From contig JANRKS010000028.1 of the NCBI GenBank assembly GCA_033763315.1, positions 32,001 through 96,000 on the forward strand: a stretch of 64,000 nucleotides of DNA. Reading direction: 5' to 3'. Positions 40,833 through 50,359 of the stretch are shown here, one piece after another (position 1 is the first letter of the stretch; each line of letters starts with the position of its first letter). The stretch is from Deltaproteobacteria bacterium. Lineage in GTDB: Bacteria > Myxococcota_A > Polyangia > Fen-1088. The translations under genes were made by a program, and so were the position numbers. Under the pieces are notes generated by a model. That model did not search any database. It was not told the DNA's origin and saw only the letters and a list, made by a program, of their open reading frames with translations.

Positions 40833-41087
40833 AATGGTTTCCTTACGTGTTGGACCTAGTCCGCGAATCGTTGATTCAAAGGCGACACAAGCGTTTAGTT
40901 GCGAGGAAAAAGAATCGCCCCTTCAATGATTCACGACACGCAACCCACGTCCTGCGGACACCCTTGCCAACGACGGTCGCGGATTGTTGACCTCGCTCGA
41001 TCTTCAAGATGCGTGTCCAGAAAGCTCGGGTGAAGTGTCCTCCATTGGCCAACTGGCAAATCACAAAATTGGAAGGACGTTACATTG

Positions 41088-41750
41088 ATGAAGAATTTAA
41101 GAATGCCTTGCTTACTGTTGTGCACGCTGTACGCCGCTTGTGGCGGAAACGACGATGAAGATCTGTCCGACGCCGCGGTGTGCGCCGGCATGTTGGAGGT
41201 GTTTCGCGGCTGCTTGACCCCGTTGCAAGTGCCACAAGCCGCGCAAGCACAAACTGCGTGCACCAAGTGGCTGGTGGAGATAAAGGACGAAGCCACCAGC
41301 GCACAGCAGAAGCAGCGGTTGGGTTTCCCTGAAATCGAAAAGCGCGCGAAGCGCTATGTTAAGAACGGGTTTGGTTGCTACCTTGAGGGGCAGTCGGCGG
41401 CACAGCTCGGCTTCGATGAGTTTCTGAGCGCCTACGGCCAAATCGCAGTTCAGTTGGCCGCATTCGAGATCATGGACGGCACCTATGTTGACGTTGCCCA
41501 GGTGAAGCGATCTTGCTTCACGAAAGAAGCGACGCCCACATCCTGCGAGAGCGATTTCCTCAAAGGTAGCGCCCGTTTGTGTGACCAGAAGGTTGAGATG
41601 TGCCAGCAAGAGTCTGATGATTTTTCCAGCGGCGACGACGGTTGCTGGATCGGGCCTGCGCTGCTCGGAAAAAGCGCCTGGCCGACCTTTGAGACATGCG
41701 TCGCTTCGACCTCGTGCGCAGCCTTCGACGCTTGCCTCGAAAAAATATGA
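41088..41750 (+). CDS. Cys-rich lipoprotein B (paralogue of 40080-40832)
   Basis: Lipobox YAAC; DG.Y, C..KV..C, D..CW, P.FE.C motifs shared with lipoprotein A. Confidence 0.8.
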   Translation: MKNLRMPCLLLCTLYAACGGNDDEDLSDAAVCAGMLEVFRGCLTPLQVPQAAQAQTACTKWLVEIKDEATSAQQKQRLGFPEIEKRAKRYVKNGFGCYLEGQSAAQLGFDEFLSAYGQIAVQLAAFEIMDGTYVDVAQVKRSCFTKEATPTSCESDFLKGSARLCDQKVEMCQQESDDFSSGDDGCWIGPALLGKSAWPTFETCVASTSCAAFDACLEKI

Positions 41751-41858
41751 TCGCAGCAGGCACCCGATAACGTACCCAGCGCCACTGCGCATCCGCGATA
41801 GTCTCGAAACGTCGTGCTCCTGATCTTCACGCACGCGGCCCTGCTTCTCCAAATGCTG

Positions 41859-43400
41859 TCAAGGTGATGACGGACAAGCGGGGCCTACAGACTGCCACTT
41901 CAGCCCGGTGTTTGTGATCAATCCGAATCGCTGAAGGCCCACCCCCTGACGGCCAAAGCCGAATCGAAGGACGCCATCAGTGACGATCATCTGAAGCTCC
42001 TCGGTTTCGGCCCCCGTTGGGGAACACCCCGAGGCAGCCAAGGAAGCGGCGAAAGCGGAGCCTTCGGGAATCATGGCAATCATCTCATCGCTAAAGACGC
42101 CTATATGATCAACTATCAGATCGGTGCGAATGCCGGCGAATTGGCTGAGCACGAACGGGCTGCCGGAGATCGCGTGGGCAGCGTTGTAAGAAACCGTGAT
42201 CATTCGGCTCAAGGGCGTAGACACAAAGAGAAAGGTCACGTTGCGAGCCGGTGCGTTTAAGGGGTCCAAGGCAACGAGTCCCTGATTGTTCAGGCCCGTC
42301 ACGGTGACACGCCCGAGCTTCGCGTCTGGATGGGCAGCCCGCGCCTCCTGCACTGCCGCAGCAATGATGGTCCGCAGGCTGGAAGTGGAGGCAACTGGCG
42401 TCGCTGGCGCTGCAAGCGGCCGCAAGACGCGAAGATCAAAGACGTCGTCTCGCTCACAAGGTGTCGCGCCGCTCATGGTACCGAGATCCGATGTCAAATC
42501 GATCTGTGTGGTGGCCTCATCGACGATCTCGAAACCAAATCCGAGAGGGCTCTGCGGATCACAGCGCACGCGCGCCAAATGGTAGGGCTGCCGAATCGCC
42601 GCGGGATTGATGATTCCCTTGGCACAGCGGGGCGTGCTTAATGCCGCCTTTAGCGACGGTGCTGCGGCCAGAACCACTAAATTGCCACCGGTGGCGAGCA
42701 GATTCTGGAAATAGCGGGAGGGCAGCCCCGGAAGCTGGGGCCAGGGCAAAGCACCCTGATTCGGCATGGACTCTCCCTCAAGCAGGATGTCTGCAACGTC
42801 GAAACACGCTGGCCAGCCTGCCTCGGCAGACGCGGTCGAAGCCGCCTCTAAGTAGCAGCTGACGAGCGGCGCGAACGTTTCGTCGCTCACAGGCGGCGGC
42901 ACCAGCTGGGGCAAAAGCACAAGCTGCGACCAAGCGGACTGCAGGCGGGTATAAGCCAACGCAGGATCTACGAACGCATGAAGCGCGACAAAGTGCAGCT
43001 CGCCCTTTAGGCGTGCCATCATTTCCGCGTCGGTTGTCTTATCGGAGGCCAACAGGCGATGAGCGACGGGCGGGGGGCAAAGTCGTTCCGGTGGGATCAA
43101 ATCGTCTTGCACGATTGAGAAGGTAAACTCAGCGGGAAAGGCGGTGGCGACGATCGGCAACGCCTGGTGCAGCGGGCGAACGGCAGAGGTCGACAAGGCA
43201 GCGGCGGCCGACGCACGATGAGCCCAGGCCAGCGAAAGGCGTAGCCGCTCCCCTTGGCGGACCGGTCGTGCGAAGGACGACATCACACCCGCTCCGAGAA
43301 ACTTCGGTGTGCCCGCGTAGCCCTTCTCGGCAAGGGGATCGCCACACGCGCAAAACGCCAACCAGAACAAAACAAAAACGGCCTTACCAGTGACAGCCAA
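41859..43400 (-). CDS. Hypothetical lipoprotein, last gene of the ECF-caspase operon
   Basis: TTG start at 43400 with AGGAG RBS, overlapping the caspase stop; lipobox FCAC followed by GDPL...Y.G.P. Confidence 0.7.
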   Translation of the reverse strand: MAVTGKAVFVLFWLAFCACGDPLAEKGYAGTPKFLGAGVMSSFARPVRQGERLRLSLAWAHRASAAAALSTSAVRPLHQALPIVATAFPAEFTFSIVQDDLIPPERLCPPPVAHRLLASDKTTDAEMMARLKGELHFVALHAFVDPALAYTRLQSAWSQLVLLPQLVPPPVSDETFAPLVSCYLEAASTASAEAGWPACFDVADILLEGESMPNQGALPWPQLPGLPSRYFQNLLATGGNLVVLAAAPSLKAALSTPRCAKGIINPAAIRQPYHLARVRCDPQSPLGFGFEIVDEATTQIDLTSDLGTMSGATPCERDDVFDLRVLRPLAAPATPVASTSSLRTIIAAAVQEARAAHPDAKLGRVTVTGLNNQGLVALDPLNAPARNVTFLFVSTPLSRMITVSYNAAHAISGSPFVLSQFAGIRTDLIVDHIGVFSDEMIAMIPEGSAFAASLAASGCSPTGAETEELQMIVTDGVLRFGFGRQGVGLQRFGLITNTGLKWQSVGPACPSSP

Positions 43401-44964
43401 ATCCCGCTCCTGGCATAGGGCGCACATCGATGTGTGCGCCGGTTTCGTTCGTGGAATCAACCGTTGCGGTTGATGACACCAGCAGCTCGCTTTCGATCGA
43501 GGCGAAGCAGCTCTCGGCGAGCATGACATCCGCACGTGCAACCATTGCGGCCATGGGCACCCACCGGGCCCGAGACTGTTCACCCGCAGCGTGAAACTCC
43601 TGATGGACCCAACCTAACCCCAAACGTAGCCCCGCGGATGCCGAAACACGGCCAAAGTCGAAGACCTTCCTGGCGCCCATGCGCAAAGCACTTTCACGCA
43701 AAGTGGTTTGTGCGCCAGTTGGCTCTGCCGCCGTTCCCTGGTTATAGCCGCCAAGGACGTCGAAGGTCACGGTCCGAAGGTCAATGGAGAACGTCGCTTT
43801 CACCCCCGGCCCCCAACCGTAGTCAAGGAGCGGTCGGGTCCACCCACCGTAAAGGCCTAAACCGTAAACACGCGAGGGCCCGCTGCCTTTGCGTAAGAGT
43901 TGCGCGTTGCGGACGCGCGTAAAACCTTGACCAGTCAGGTTCACGGTGACGCCCGCTTTCGCCTCCACGTGGCCTTCACGGATTTCGTCGGCCTCGCGGA
44001 TCTGAACGAAGTAGCGCCCTGGCTCCACCCACAAGTTTTTCGGCTGGCTTGTCACGCTGGCTTCGGCCACCACGGCGCCGTCTTTGCCCCCAAGGAAGAT
44101 CACAAAACGTCCTGGACGTTGCAGGCGAAGGTGGCTCGCGTTCTCTGTGTCAATGGGTGCCGCCAGTGTGAGATCTGCGCGCCCCTTGAGCTCGTAATTG
44201 TAGGTTGGATGTTGAATGCCAGCGCCGCTTCCTGCGGTGCTCGCCACGGTGCGTTCGGACGTATAAGTGTAGGCTTCCGATAAGCCAATGCGCCCGTCGC
44301 CGTTCACGTCGGCAGCGCCGTGCAGCGCAGAGATCAGATGATGTGTGAAGAAGGATGCCTGGAGCGCATCCGATTCTTGCGCGTCTTCACCTTCGGCCGC
44401 CGAGGAAAAGATGACAAAGCCCTCTGGCATGCCTTCCTGATCGGGCGGCATTGCGAAAGGCGCAATGGGCTTGATGCCCTTGACCCGCGTTGCCACGCCC
44501 GAGCGACATGCATCCACGAACAAGAGCCGCACGTTCGCTGATGAGCTAACGGTACCCTCGCGCAGTTCATCCCAGCTCAAGCGTCCGTTGCCCAGGTGAA
44601 GCGAGAGGTGATCGCCGTGGCCTGAAAAGAACACCAACACAACGCTGCGTCGAGCCGCGGAGACCTCCAAACGGATCCGGTGGTTCAAGCGGCGAAGCGC
44701 GTCTCGAACCCGATCGGCCGTGGGTTGCTCAAGCACGATCACGTTTTCGGAGAGAAACCCTCCCACAGACTTTAAGGCCTGCCCCACGCGAACGGCGTCT
44801 CGAACAGCGTAACGAAGAGGCACTTCATTTGAAGCGCCAAGGTTCGCGCCAATGATCAAAGCGTACCGCACCTCGGGAAGCGCCTCCGCTTGGGCCATTG
44901 GCGCTTGGAACGCTCGCCACAAACAAAAGGCGAGCGCCAAGGCTATGGCACCACGCAACGTCAA
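43384..44964 (-). CDS. Caspase-family (peptidase C14) exported protein with C-terminal beta-barrel-like domain
   Basis: Signal peptide; RYALIIGAN, LRYAVRDA, FFSGHGD (His), VDACRSG (Cys), AQES...SFFTHHL, QHP; amphipathic beta strands ending in Trp; TTGA overlap with the anti-sigma gene. Confidence 0.88.
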   Translation of the reverse strand: MTLRGAIALALAFCLWRAFQAPMAQAEALPEVRYALIIGANLGASNEVPLRYAVRDAVRVGQALKSVGGFLSENVIVLEQPTADRVRDALRRLNHRIRLEVSAARRSVVLVFFSGHGDHLSLHLGNGRLSWDELREGTVSSSANVRLLFVDACRSGVATRVKGIKPIAPFAMPPDQEGMPEGFVIFSSAAEGEDAQESDALQASFFTHHLISALHGAADVNGDGRIGLSEAYTYTSERTVASTAGSGAGIQHPTYNYELKGRADLTLAAPIDTENASHLRLQRPGRFVIFLGGKDGAVVAEASVTSQPKNLWVEPGRYFVQIREADEIREGHVEAKAGVTVNLTGQGFTRVRNAQLLRKGSGPSRVYGLGLYGGWTRPLLDYGWGPGVKATFSIDLRTVTFDVLGGYNQGTAAEPTGAQTTLRESALRMGARKVFDFGRVSASAGLRLGLGWVHQEFHAAGEQSRARWVPMAAMVARADVMLAESCFASIESELLVSSTATVDSTNETGAHIDVRPMPGAGFGCHW

Positions 44965-45668
44965 GGCGGACTCTCGACGGGAATGCTGGCAGATGACGAC
45001 GCACAATCTCGGGGTGGGTCGTCCTTCTTTGCCAACTTGCAAAGCCGCCATCGCAGACGCACCGGTGCCCCCGCAGTCACCTCGAACCCCAGCGGGATCC
45101 AATCTCCGGATTTCACAGCGCCCACGAAGACCGCCTGCCAGCCGGCGTTGGTCTCGACTTCGAGCTGCAACCAATTCTTGGTGCCAACCGCATGAAACCG
45201 CAGCTTGTCGCCTGCTTGCAGCACAGACACCTCCCGAACCTCCATGACGGCGACGTTGCCATCGTGGTCGCGCACACCCATCTTTAGCGAGGCTTCGCCC
45301 TTGGCGCGGACGGTTTCGTCGTGCACGATTGTCGACGGCCTTGGTACCGAGAAGAAGAGCACCAGAGCCATCGCTGGTACCGCCAAGGCTCCCACCCACA
45401 TCCAAAATGGATCCCGCCGCCGCAGGTTACCTTGGTGGGGCCTCACGATTTGCGCGGGTGCGAGGCTGCCAGCCGACGATCGACGCGCCGCCTCGACCTC
45501 TGCGAGAATTTTTCGGCTGGCCGCCGAGTTCCTCGTCCTGGCTTCAAAAGCCGCGCGCTCGACGTCGCTCATCTCGTTCAAGGCCCAACGGTGTGCTTGC
45601 CACTCGGAAATCTCGCATTCCGGGTCGCGCTCGCGCGTGAACAAATCTTTGGATGGGGCGGCGGACAT
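44961..45668 (-). CDS. Putative membrane anti-sigma factor (ActD-like)
   Basis: N-terminal ISEWQAHRWALNEMS (degenerate anti-sigma domain lacking HxxxCxxC), single TM helix, VRAKG motif, extracytoplasmic domain; TGATG overlap with sigma. Confidence 0.7.
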   Translation of the reverse strand: MSAAPSKDLFTRERDPECEISEWQAHRWALNEMSDVERAAFEARTRNSAASRKILAEVEAARRSSAGSLAPAQIVRPHQGNLRRRDPFWMWVGALAVPAMALVLFFSVPRPSTIVHDETVRAKGEASLKMGVRDHDGNVAVMEVREVSVLQAGDKLRFHAVGTKNWLQLEVETNAGWQAVFVGAVKSGDWIPLGFEVTAGAPVRLRWRLCKLAKKDDPPRDCASSSASIPVESPP

Positions 45669-46261
45669 CAATAGGCCTCGAGCAGGCGGCGCGCCTGCTT
45701 GGTGAAGCGCTCAATCCGTCGGCCAACCGTGCGGCGGGGCACGCCAACAAGGCTGGCGATCTCATCCTGATCCATTCCGTCGATGAAGTGATGAATGGCC
45801 ACGATGGCATTCTCTGGATCGACTTGTCCCAACAGCCAACGGATGTCTGCCCGGAGGTCTGCTTGGGGGCCCGCGAGGGGTGCATCCGGTTGATACACTT
45901 TCTCGCGCAAAAGTCTCTCTCTGGTCTTGCTGTCCCTTAGAACGTTGAGCGCCAGGTTGGTGACGGCACGGAACAGAAAGGCCGCCGCGTGTTGTTCCCT
46001 ACCGCCCCTTTCGCGATGAACGATGAAACTAACAAACGCTTCGTGTGCCAGATCTTTCGCGAGCTCTTCATTGCGAACCAATCGCGTTGCACGACGGCGA
46101 AGCAGCCCTATGTGAGTTCCATAGAGTTCGTTGACGTCGTCGACAGCCGAGACAGCGGTGGAAGATGCCGTGGATGGTCTTGATGCTTGGACAAACGCTC
46201 GTGCGCGCCGCGGGACGAGCCGCCAAAAAACATCGTTCGGGACGGTTTCTAATTTTGACAT
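45668..46261 (-). CDS. ECF sigma factor
   Basis: Region 2 AKDLAHEAF...FLFRAVTNLALN.LR; region 4 DGMDQDEIASLVGVPRRTVGRR. Confidence 0.92.
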   Translation of the reverse strand: MSKLETVPNDVFWRLVPRRARAFVQASRPSTASSTAVSAVDDVNELYGTHIGLLRRRATRLVRNEELAKDLAHEAFVSFIVHRERGGREQHAAAFLFRAVTNLALNVLRDSKTRERLLREKVYQPDAPLAGPQADLRADIRWLLGQVDPENAIVAIHHFIDGMDQDEIASLVGVPRRTVGRRIERFTKQARRLLEAY

Positions 46262-46296
46262 CGTCTGAACTCGTGGACCCTTGAAGCCTACGGGAC

Positions 46297-46312
46297 GGCT
46301 AATCGATTAGCC
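46297..46312. promoter_or_regulatory. Palindromic operator, LacI-type (GGCTAATCGATTAGCC), site 2
   Basis: Perfect 16-bp palindrome in the divergent gap between the ECF sigma and Gfo/Idh/MocA genes. Confidence 0.75.
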
Positions 46313-46396
46313 AGGTGAATTTCTCGACGCCGCGTCTCAAGTCAGCGGCAGCAGACGCCTGTCGACCAGTTGTGAAAAGGCGTTAAACTCTTGGAG

Positions 46397-47404
46397 ATGA
46401 AGCCGCTTACAGGCGCGATTGTTGGCTGCGGCATGATTTCCGAGTTCCACTTGCGGGCTTGGCAATGCCTCGAAGGCGTTGACATCACGGCGTTTTGCGA
46501 TGTGGACGAGGCTGCTGGCTCGCGGCGGCGTGATGAATACTTTCCCAACGCAAGGGTATACAGCGACCTTGCGGCCTTGCTCGCGAACGAAGACGTTGAC
46601 TTTATCGATGTGGCCAGCCCACCGGACTTCCATGCTGCGCACGTAAGCCTGGCCTTGGCCGCCAACCGCCATGTGATCTGCCAAAAACCACTGACCTCAG
46701 ACGCAGCGACCGCAACCGCATTGGCAACGTCCGCGCGCGAACGGCAGCTTACGCTGGCGGTTCATGACAACCACAGGTTTCGTCCCTGGTTCCAACGCGT
46801 CCTCGCCGCCCACGCCCGCCAACAGTTTGGCCACGTGGTGCATGTGCGTTGGCACCAGTACGATGCAGCGGCCCCTTCGCAACGCTACAAGGTTAAAGCG
46901 CCCCAAGGTGTGCTGTTCGAGTACGGCACGCACTTCATTGATATGATGCTGGCATTGCTCGGCGAACCCAAGGATGTATCGGCGCAGCTGTCTCGTATCA
47001 ACGAAAGCGTGGCGGGCGAGAGCTTCGCGCACCTCATGTTTCGTTATGAAAACAGTGGTGTGGACATTTCAGTTGGATGGAAGAATGCCGGGCCACTTTC
47101 AGCCGGGTTTCATCTCTTGGGCACAACCGGCGAAGTCATCTATGAAGGCACGCTCACACGGGGGCCACAAAGCCATCTGCAAATTCTTACTTCAGGAAAG
47201 CTTCTTGCCGACGAGCGAAGAGATCCCACGGCCGATTACATCGAAAGCTTCATTGCTTACCAGCAGGCCTTCGTGGCGTCGCTGCGTGCCACCCCACAGC
47301 CACCACCCCCCATTACGGCCACCGAAGGTGCTGCCGTATTGGCGTGGACCGAGGCTGCATATGAATCTGCGCGCACCGGCAAGCCTATTGCTAAGCGTCT
47401 GTGA
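46397..47404 (+). CDS. Gfo/Idh/MocA family NAD(P)-dependent oxidoreductase
   Basis: IVGCGMIS, DVASPPDFH, HVICQKP, HDNHRFRP, EYGTHFID, AAYESA. Confidence 0.92.
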   Translation: MKPLTGAIVGCGMISEFHLRAWQCLEGVDITAFCDVDEAAGSRRRDEYFPNARVYSDLAALLANEDVDFIDVASPPDFHAAHVSLALAANRHVICQKPLTSDAATATALATSARERQLTLAVHDNHRFRPWFQRVLAAHARQQFGHVVHVRWHQYDAAAPSQRYKVKAPQGVLFEYGTHFIDMMLALLGEPKDVSAQLSRINESVAGESFAHLMFRYENSGVDISVGWKNAGPLSAGFHLLGTTGEVIYEGTLTRGPQSHLQILTSGKLLADERRDPTADYIESFIAYQQAFVASLRATPQPPPPITATEGAAVLAWTEAAYESARTGKPIAKRL

Positions 47405-47407
47405 TCG

Positions 47408-48787
47408 ATGCCCATGAAATCCACCCCTGCCAACGTTGTCGGCCTTGTCGCCGTGGTGGCGCTTCCCCTCTTTGCCGGTTGTGCGCCATCCCCCAACGCG
47501 ATCCCTACGTCCGCGGCAAGGGACGATTTGGTGCGTTTTGGTGCGCCTTTTACATCCGTGTTTCGCCCAGATCCTGAATCGCCCTATCACCTGCGCAACC
47601 AGGAGGGGCAGCACCTGTTCATATTGGCCAAAACCGCATGGCATTACTTCAACGCCAAAGATCCCCAGCAAGTGTTGCAGCACGCGCGTGCCCTGGGCGC
47701 AAACGTGATTCGCGTGGCGCTTGAGGGCAATCTGTATTTTGAGGAGTTGAGCATCGATGCGTGGCCGTGGTCAGGAACCCGCAAGCAGCCGCACTTCGCG
47801 ACCTTCAACGAAGCATACTGGACGCGGGTGCAAGACCGGATCGAGTTGGCGGGGCGAGCCGGCATCGGCATCGATCTGGTACTCTATGCTTCATTGCATC
47901 TGAACGAAGACGCCGTGCCCGAACAGCGCCTGTATTGGCAACGTGTGTTGGAAAGGCTGGGTCGCTACAGCAACATCCTTACCTGGGAGATCCAAAATGA
48001 ATACGTGGCAAATGAGCGTTTTCAAGACGAAGTAGCGGCGTTCTTTCAGCAGCACGATCAACATAGACGGCCGATCATCACCTCGAATGGCACGCGTGAC
48101 GTCCCCACGTGGCCGGAAAAACCATGGATGGGCATGGCCATCACCCACACGTGTACAGGCTCCACCAATAGTCATCCGCTGGGGCGTTGGTACCTGGCGG
48201 TGGCACGCAACGCACGCACATTCGGCAAGCCTTCCTTCAACAACGAAACCGGACGAGAGACTCGTCATCGCAACGATGATGGTGTGCACAGGCGCAAACA
48301 AGCGTGGCTGTGGAGCACGGCAGGAGGCTTTTGGACGTGGCACAGTTGGGATGGGTGTGAAGGCATCAACGATGCCACCTACAAGGCGCCTGGCGAAGAC
48401 TTCATGTTGCCCCTGGCCACGTTCTTTCGGTCGCTACCGTTTTGGCGGCTGCACCCGGAACACGTGGCGGTGCAGATCTCAGACGACCGTTTGATCCACG
48501 CGGCGCAGGCCAACGTTGAGCGTGAATACGTAATGACTTATGTGGCCACCTTAGCGACAAATGCGCAGGTGCAGGGAGCCCAGCTTCAGTATCGTTTGCG
48601 TGATGGACGCTACCACGTGACGTTTCGGGATCCGGCGAGTGGCCGTGTGGTAGATGAAACCGACCTTGAGGCCAAAGGCATTGGCACCGTGGACGTGTTG
48701 CCGATACCAACTTTTCGCGACGATTTGGTGATCGAGTTGCGCCGAACCAAAACCGCAAAGGTCACAGAGATGCCGGCCACCCACTGA
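47408..48787 (+). CDS. Putative glycoside hydrolase lipoprotein (DUF4038-like clan-A TIM barrel)
   Basis: Lipobox FAGC; TAW, GANVIRV, FNEAYW, WEIQNEY (acid/base-like), FNNETG (nucleophile-like), RKQAW...AGG; C-terminal DPASG beta domain. Confidence 0.72.
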   Translation: MPMKSTPANVVGLVAVVALPLFAGCAPSPNAIPTSAARDDLVRFGAPFTSVFRPDPESPYHLRNQEGQHLFILAKTAWHYFNAKDPQQVLQHARALGANVIRVALEGNLYFEELSIDAWPWSGTRKQPHFATFNEAYWTRVQDRIELAGRAGIGIDLVLYASLHLNEDAVPEQRLYWQRVLERLGRYSNILTWEIQNEYVANERFQDEVAAFFQQHDQHRRPIITSNGTRDVPTWPEKPWMGMAITHTCTGSTNSHPLGRWYLAVARNARTFGKPSFNNETGRETRHRNDDGVHRRKQAWLWSTAGGFWTWHSWDGCEGINDATYKAPGEDFMLPLATFFRSLPFWRLHPEHVAVQISDDRLIHAAQANVEREYVMTYVATLATNAQVQGAQLQYRLRDGRYHVTFRDPASGRVVDETDLEAKGIGTVDVLPIPTFRDDLVIELRRTKTAKVTEMPATH

Positions 48788-48867
48788 AAGCGAAGGTCGT
48801 CGGCATTGTGCTGGCTGGCGCGAAGGCGCATGGCAATGTCCTTGCCACACGCCTTCGCCAATTGGGC

Positions 48868-50334
48868 CTACGCTTTGATCTGGCCCAGAACTTTATCCCG
48901 CTGGGCAGCGTCTTTGGAGAAGCCCATGAACTGGTTCACGCCCAGTCCCTGCAGCACGGCGTTGTAGAAGTTGGAGGCATGGGTGTCGAACATGAAGGGT
49001 TGCCCCGTCTTAAAGCGCCCGTTGGCGCCCGAAATCACGTGCAACACGTTACGCGTGGAATGCCCGCCGCCCCCATCTCCCAACTCTGACGACACCATCA
49101 CCGGATTGGCTTCAAGGTACGTTTTGCCGTTTTCTGCCTGGATTCGGTCCAGCCGCGACAGAAAATATTCGACCTGGGCAAGCATGTAGAGCGAGTGCAT
49201 GCGCGCGCCGATGTTGGCGCTGCTGTTTTCGTCATTCGCGACATTGTGGTAGTAGCTCAGGTGATTGGATTCGCCGTTGTCTGCGAAGTTGATGGTCTGA
49301 TCTTTGTACTTCCAAGCCGTCTTGAACCGCACGTGATCACCGGCACCTTGGAACGTGATGTTGCCAAAGCGTGCGATGTCGCAGGATAGGGCCATCGCAT
49401 ACGTGTCGGCCATCGCTTGCCAAACCTTCTCCCACATCACAGCATCCACTACACGATCGTTGCTTCCGGCTCCCTCCTTTTCAAGGGCACGACGACTTGT
49501 TGTAACCTGAGGCGCACTCAGCGTGCATGCTGCAGAGGTTCCTCCGCCATCAGCTTGAAGCTGGCCAATGCGCAGCTCGAGGCTGCGGACCTCTTCAAGG
49601 TGGTCACGAAGGCGGGCTCGGCTGGAAGAACTCAACCCTGCGGCATCGGATGTCCAATGTTTGTACTCTTCCATCGCGGTGTCGAGCACACTCTTGGCGT
49701 AGATCTGCTTCTTGTTGTCAACAGGTGCGCTGCCCATAGGTGGTTTAGGGGCTGGCGCGAGACCCATGACCGCCTTGAACAAAACATCTACTTCAGAATA
49801 GGGCTCGGCGGCCACCTGCCCGTCCTCACGCCACGTGTGCCGCTCGTTCGAATAGTTCCGAGTGTTAAAGTATGTGGCCGCCGCCAAGGTTTGGATTGGC
49901 GAAGGAGAACGGCCACCAGCGTAGCCGTTCTTAAGAACCACCTGATCAATGGATGCGCCCTGGGCGCGAATGCTCGAAGTTGAGCCCCGTCCGGCGATAC
50001 CCGTGAAGCACTGCACGCCAGACTGCGCGTGCGTGCCGCTTTCAGTTTGATGAAGGCCGCTGTAGATGCCGAGCTTCGACCGCAAACCGTCGAGCGGCAG
50101 CAAAGGGTCGGGCGCCAAGCGAGGGCCGGCTCCATAGTGCGTTTGAAACCAACGGCCGGTCACGCCGTGGGCGAAGAACACCGTGACGAAGCGTGCTGGC
50201 ACAGGCTCGGGGGCGCCGAAGGCACTGTTGCGGCGCATTTCATCCAGCATTGGCATGCCGATCAATGCGCCGGCGGCGCTTCGCAAGAACGTGCGACGCG
50301 GAAGAACGTGGCGATACTTAAGATCGAGTTTCAT
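48868..50334 (-). CDS. DUF1552 family Tat-exported protein, copy 2
   Basis: PRRTFLR Tat motif; FFAHG, SIDQ, SVLD, RLRDHLEEVRSLE, ALSCDIAR, SSELGDGGGGHS, GANGRFKTG; start trimmed to ATG 50334. Confidence 0.9.
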   Translation of the reverse strand: MKLDLKYRHVLPRRTFLRSAAGALIGMPMLDEMRRNSAFGAPEPVPARFVTVFFAHGVTGRWFQTHYGAGPRLAPDPLLPLDGLRSKLGIYSGLHQTESGTHAQSGVQCFTGIAGRGSTSSIRAQGASIDQVVLKNGYAGGRSPSPIQTLAAATYFNTRNYSNERHTWREDGQVAAEPYSEVDVLFKAVMGLAPAPKPPMGSAPVDNKKQIYAKSVLDTAMEEYKHWTSDAAGLSSSSRARLRDHLEEVRSLELRIGQLQADGGGTSAACTLSAPQVTTSRRALEKEGAGSNDRVVDAVMWEKVWQAMADTYAMALSCDIARFGNITFQGAGDHVRFKTAWKYKDQTINFADNGESNHLSYYHNVANDENSSANIGARMHSLYMLAQVEYFLSRLDRIQAENGKTYLEANPVMVSSELGDGGGGHSTRNVLHVISGANGRFKTGQPFMFDTHASNFYNAVLQGLGVNQFMGFSKDAAQRDKVLGQIKA

Positions 50335-50359
50335 CTGAGGCTCCCTGCGTTTGATAAAG

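Noticed and set aside
44965-45405. Long N-terminal extension of the caspase ORF
   Set aside because: It overlaps the anti-sigma gene in another frame; a signal peptide begins at the TTG coupled to the anti-sigma stop.
41859-46261. Caspase-based anti-phage or gasdermin-type defence system
   Set aside because: The caspase has an export signal and a barrel-like tail and is coupled to sigma/anti-sigma genes; no gasdermin, NTPase or other defence effector is recognisable.
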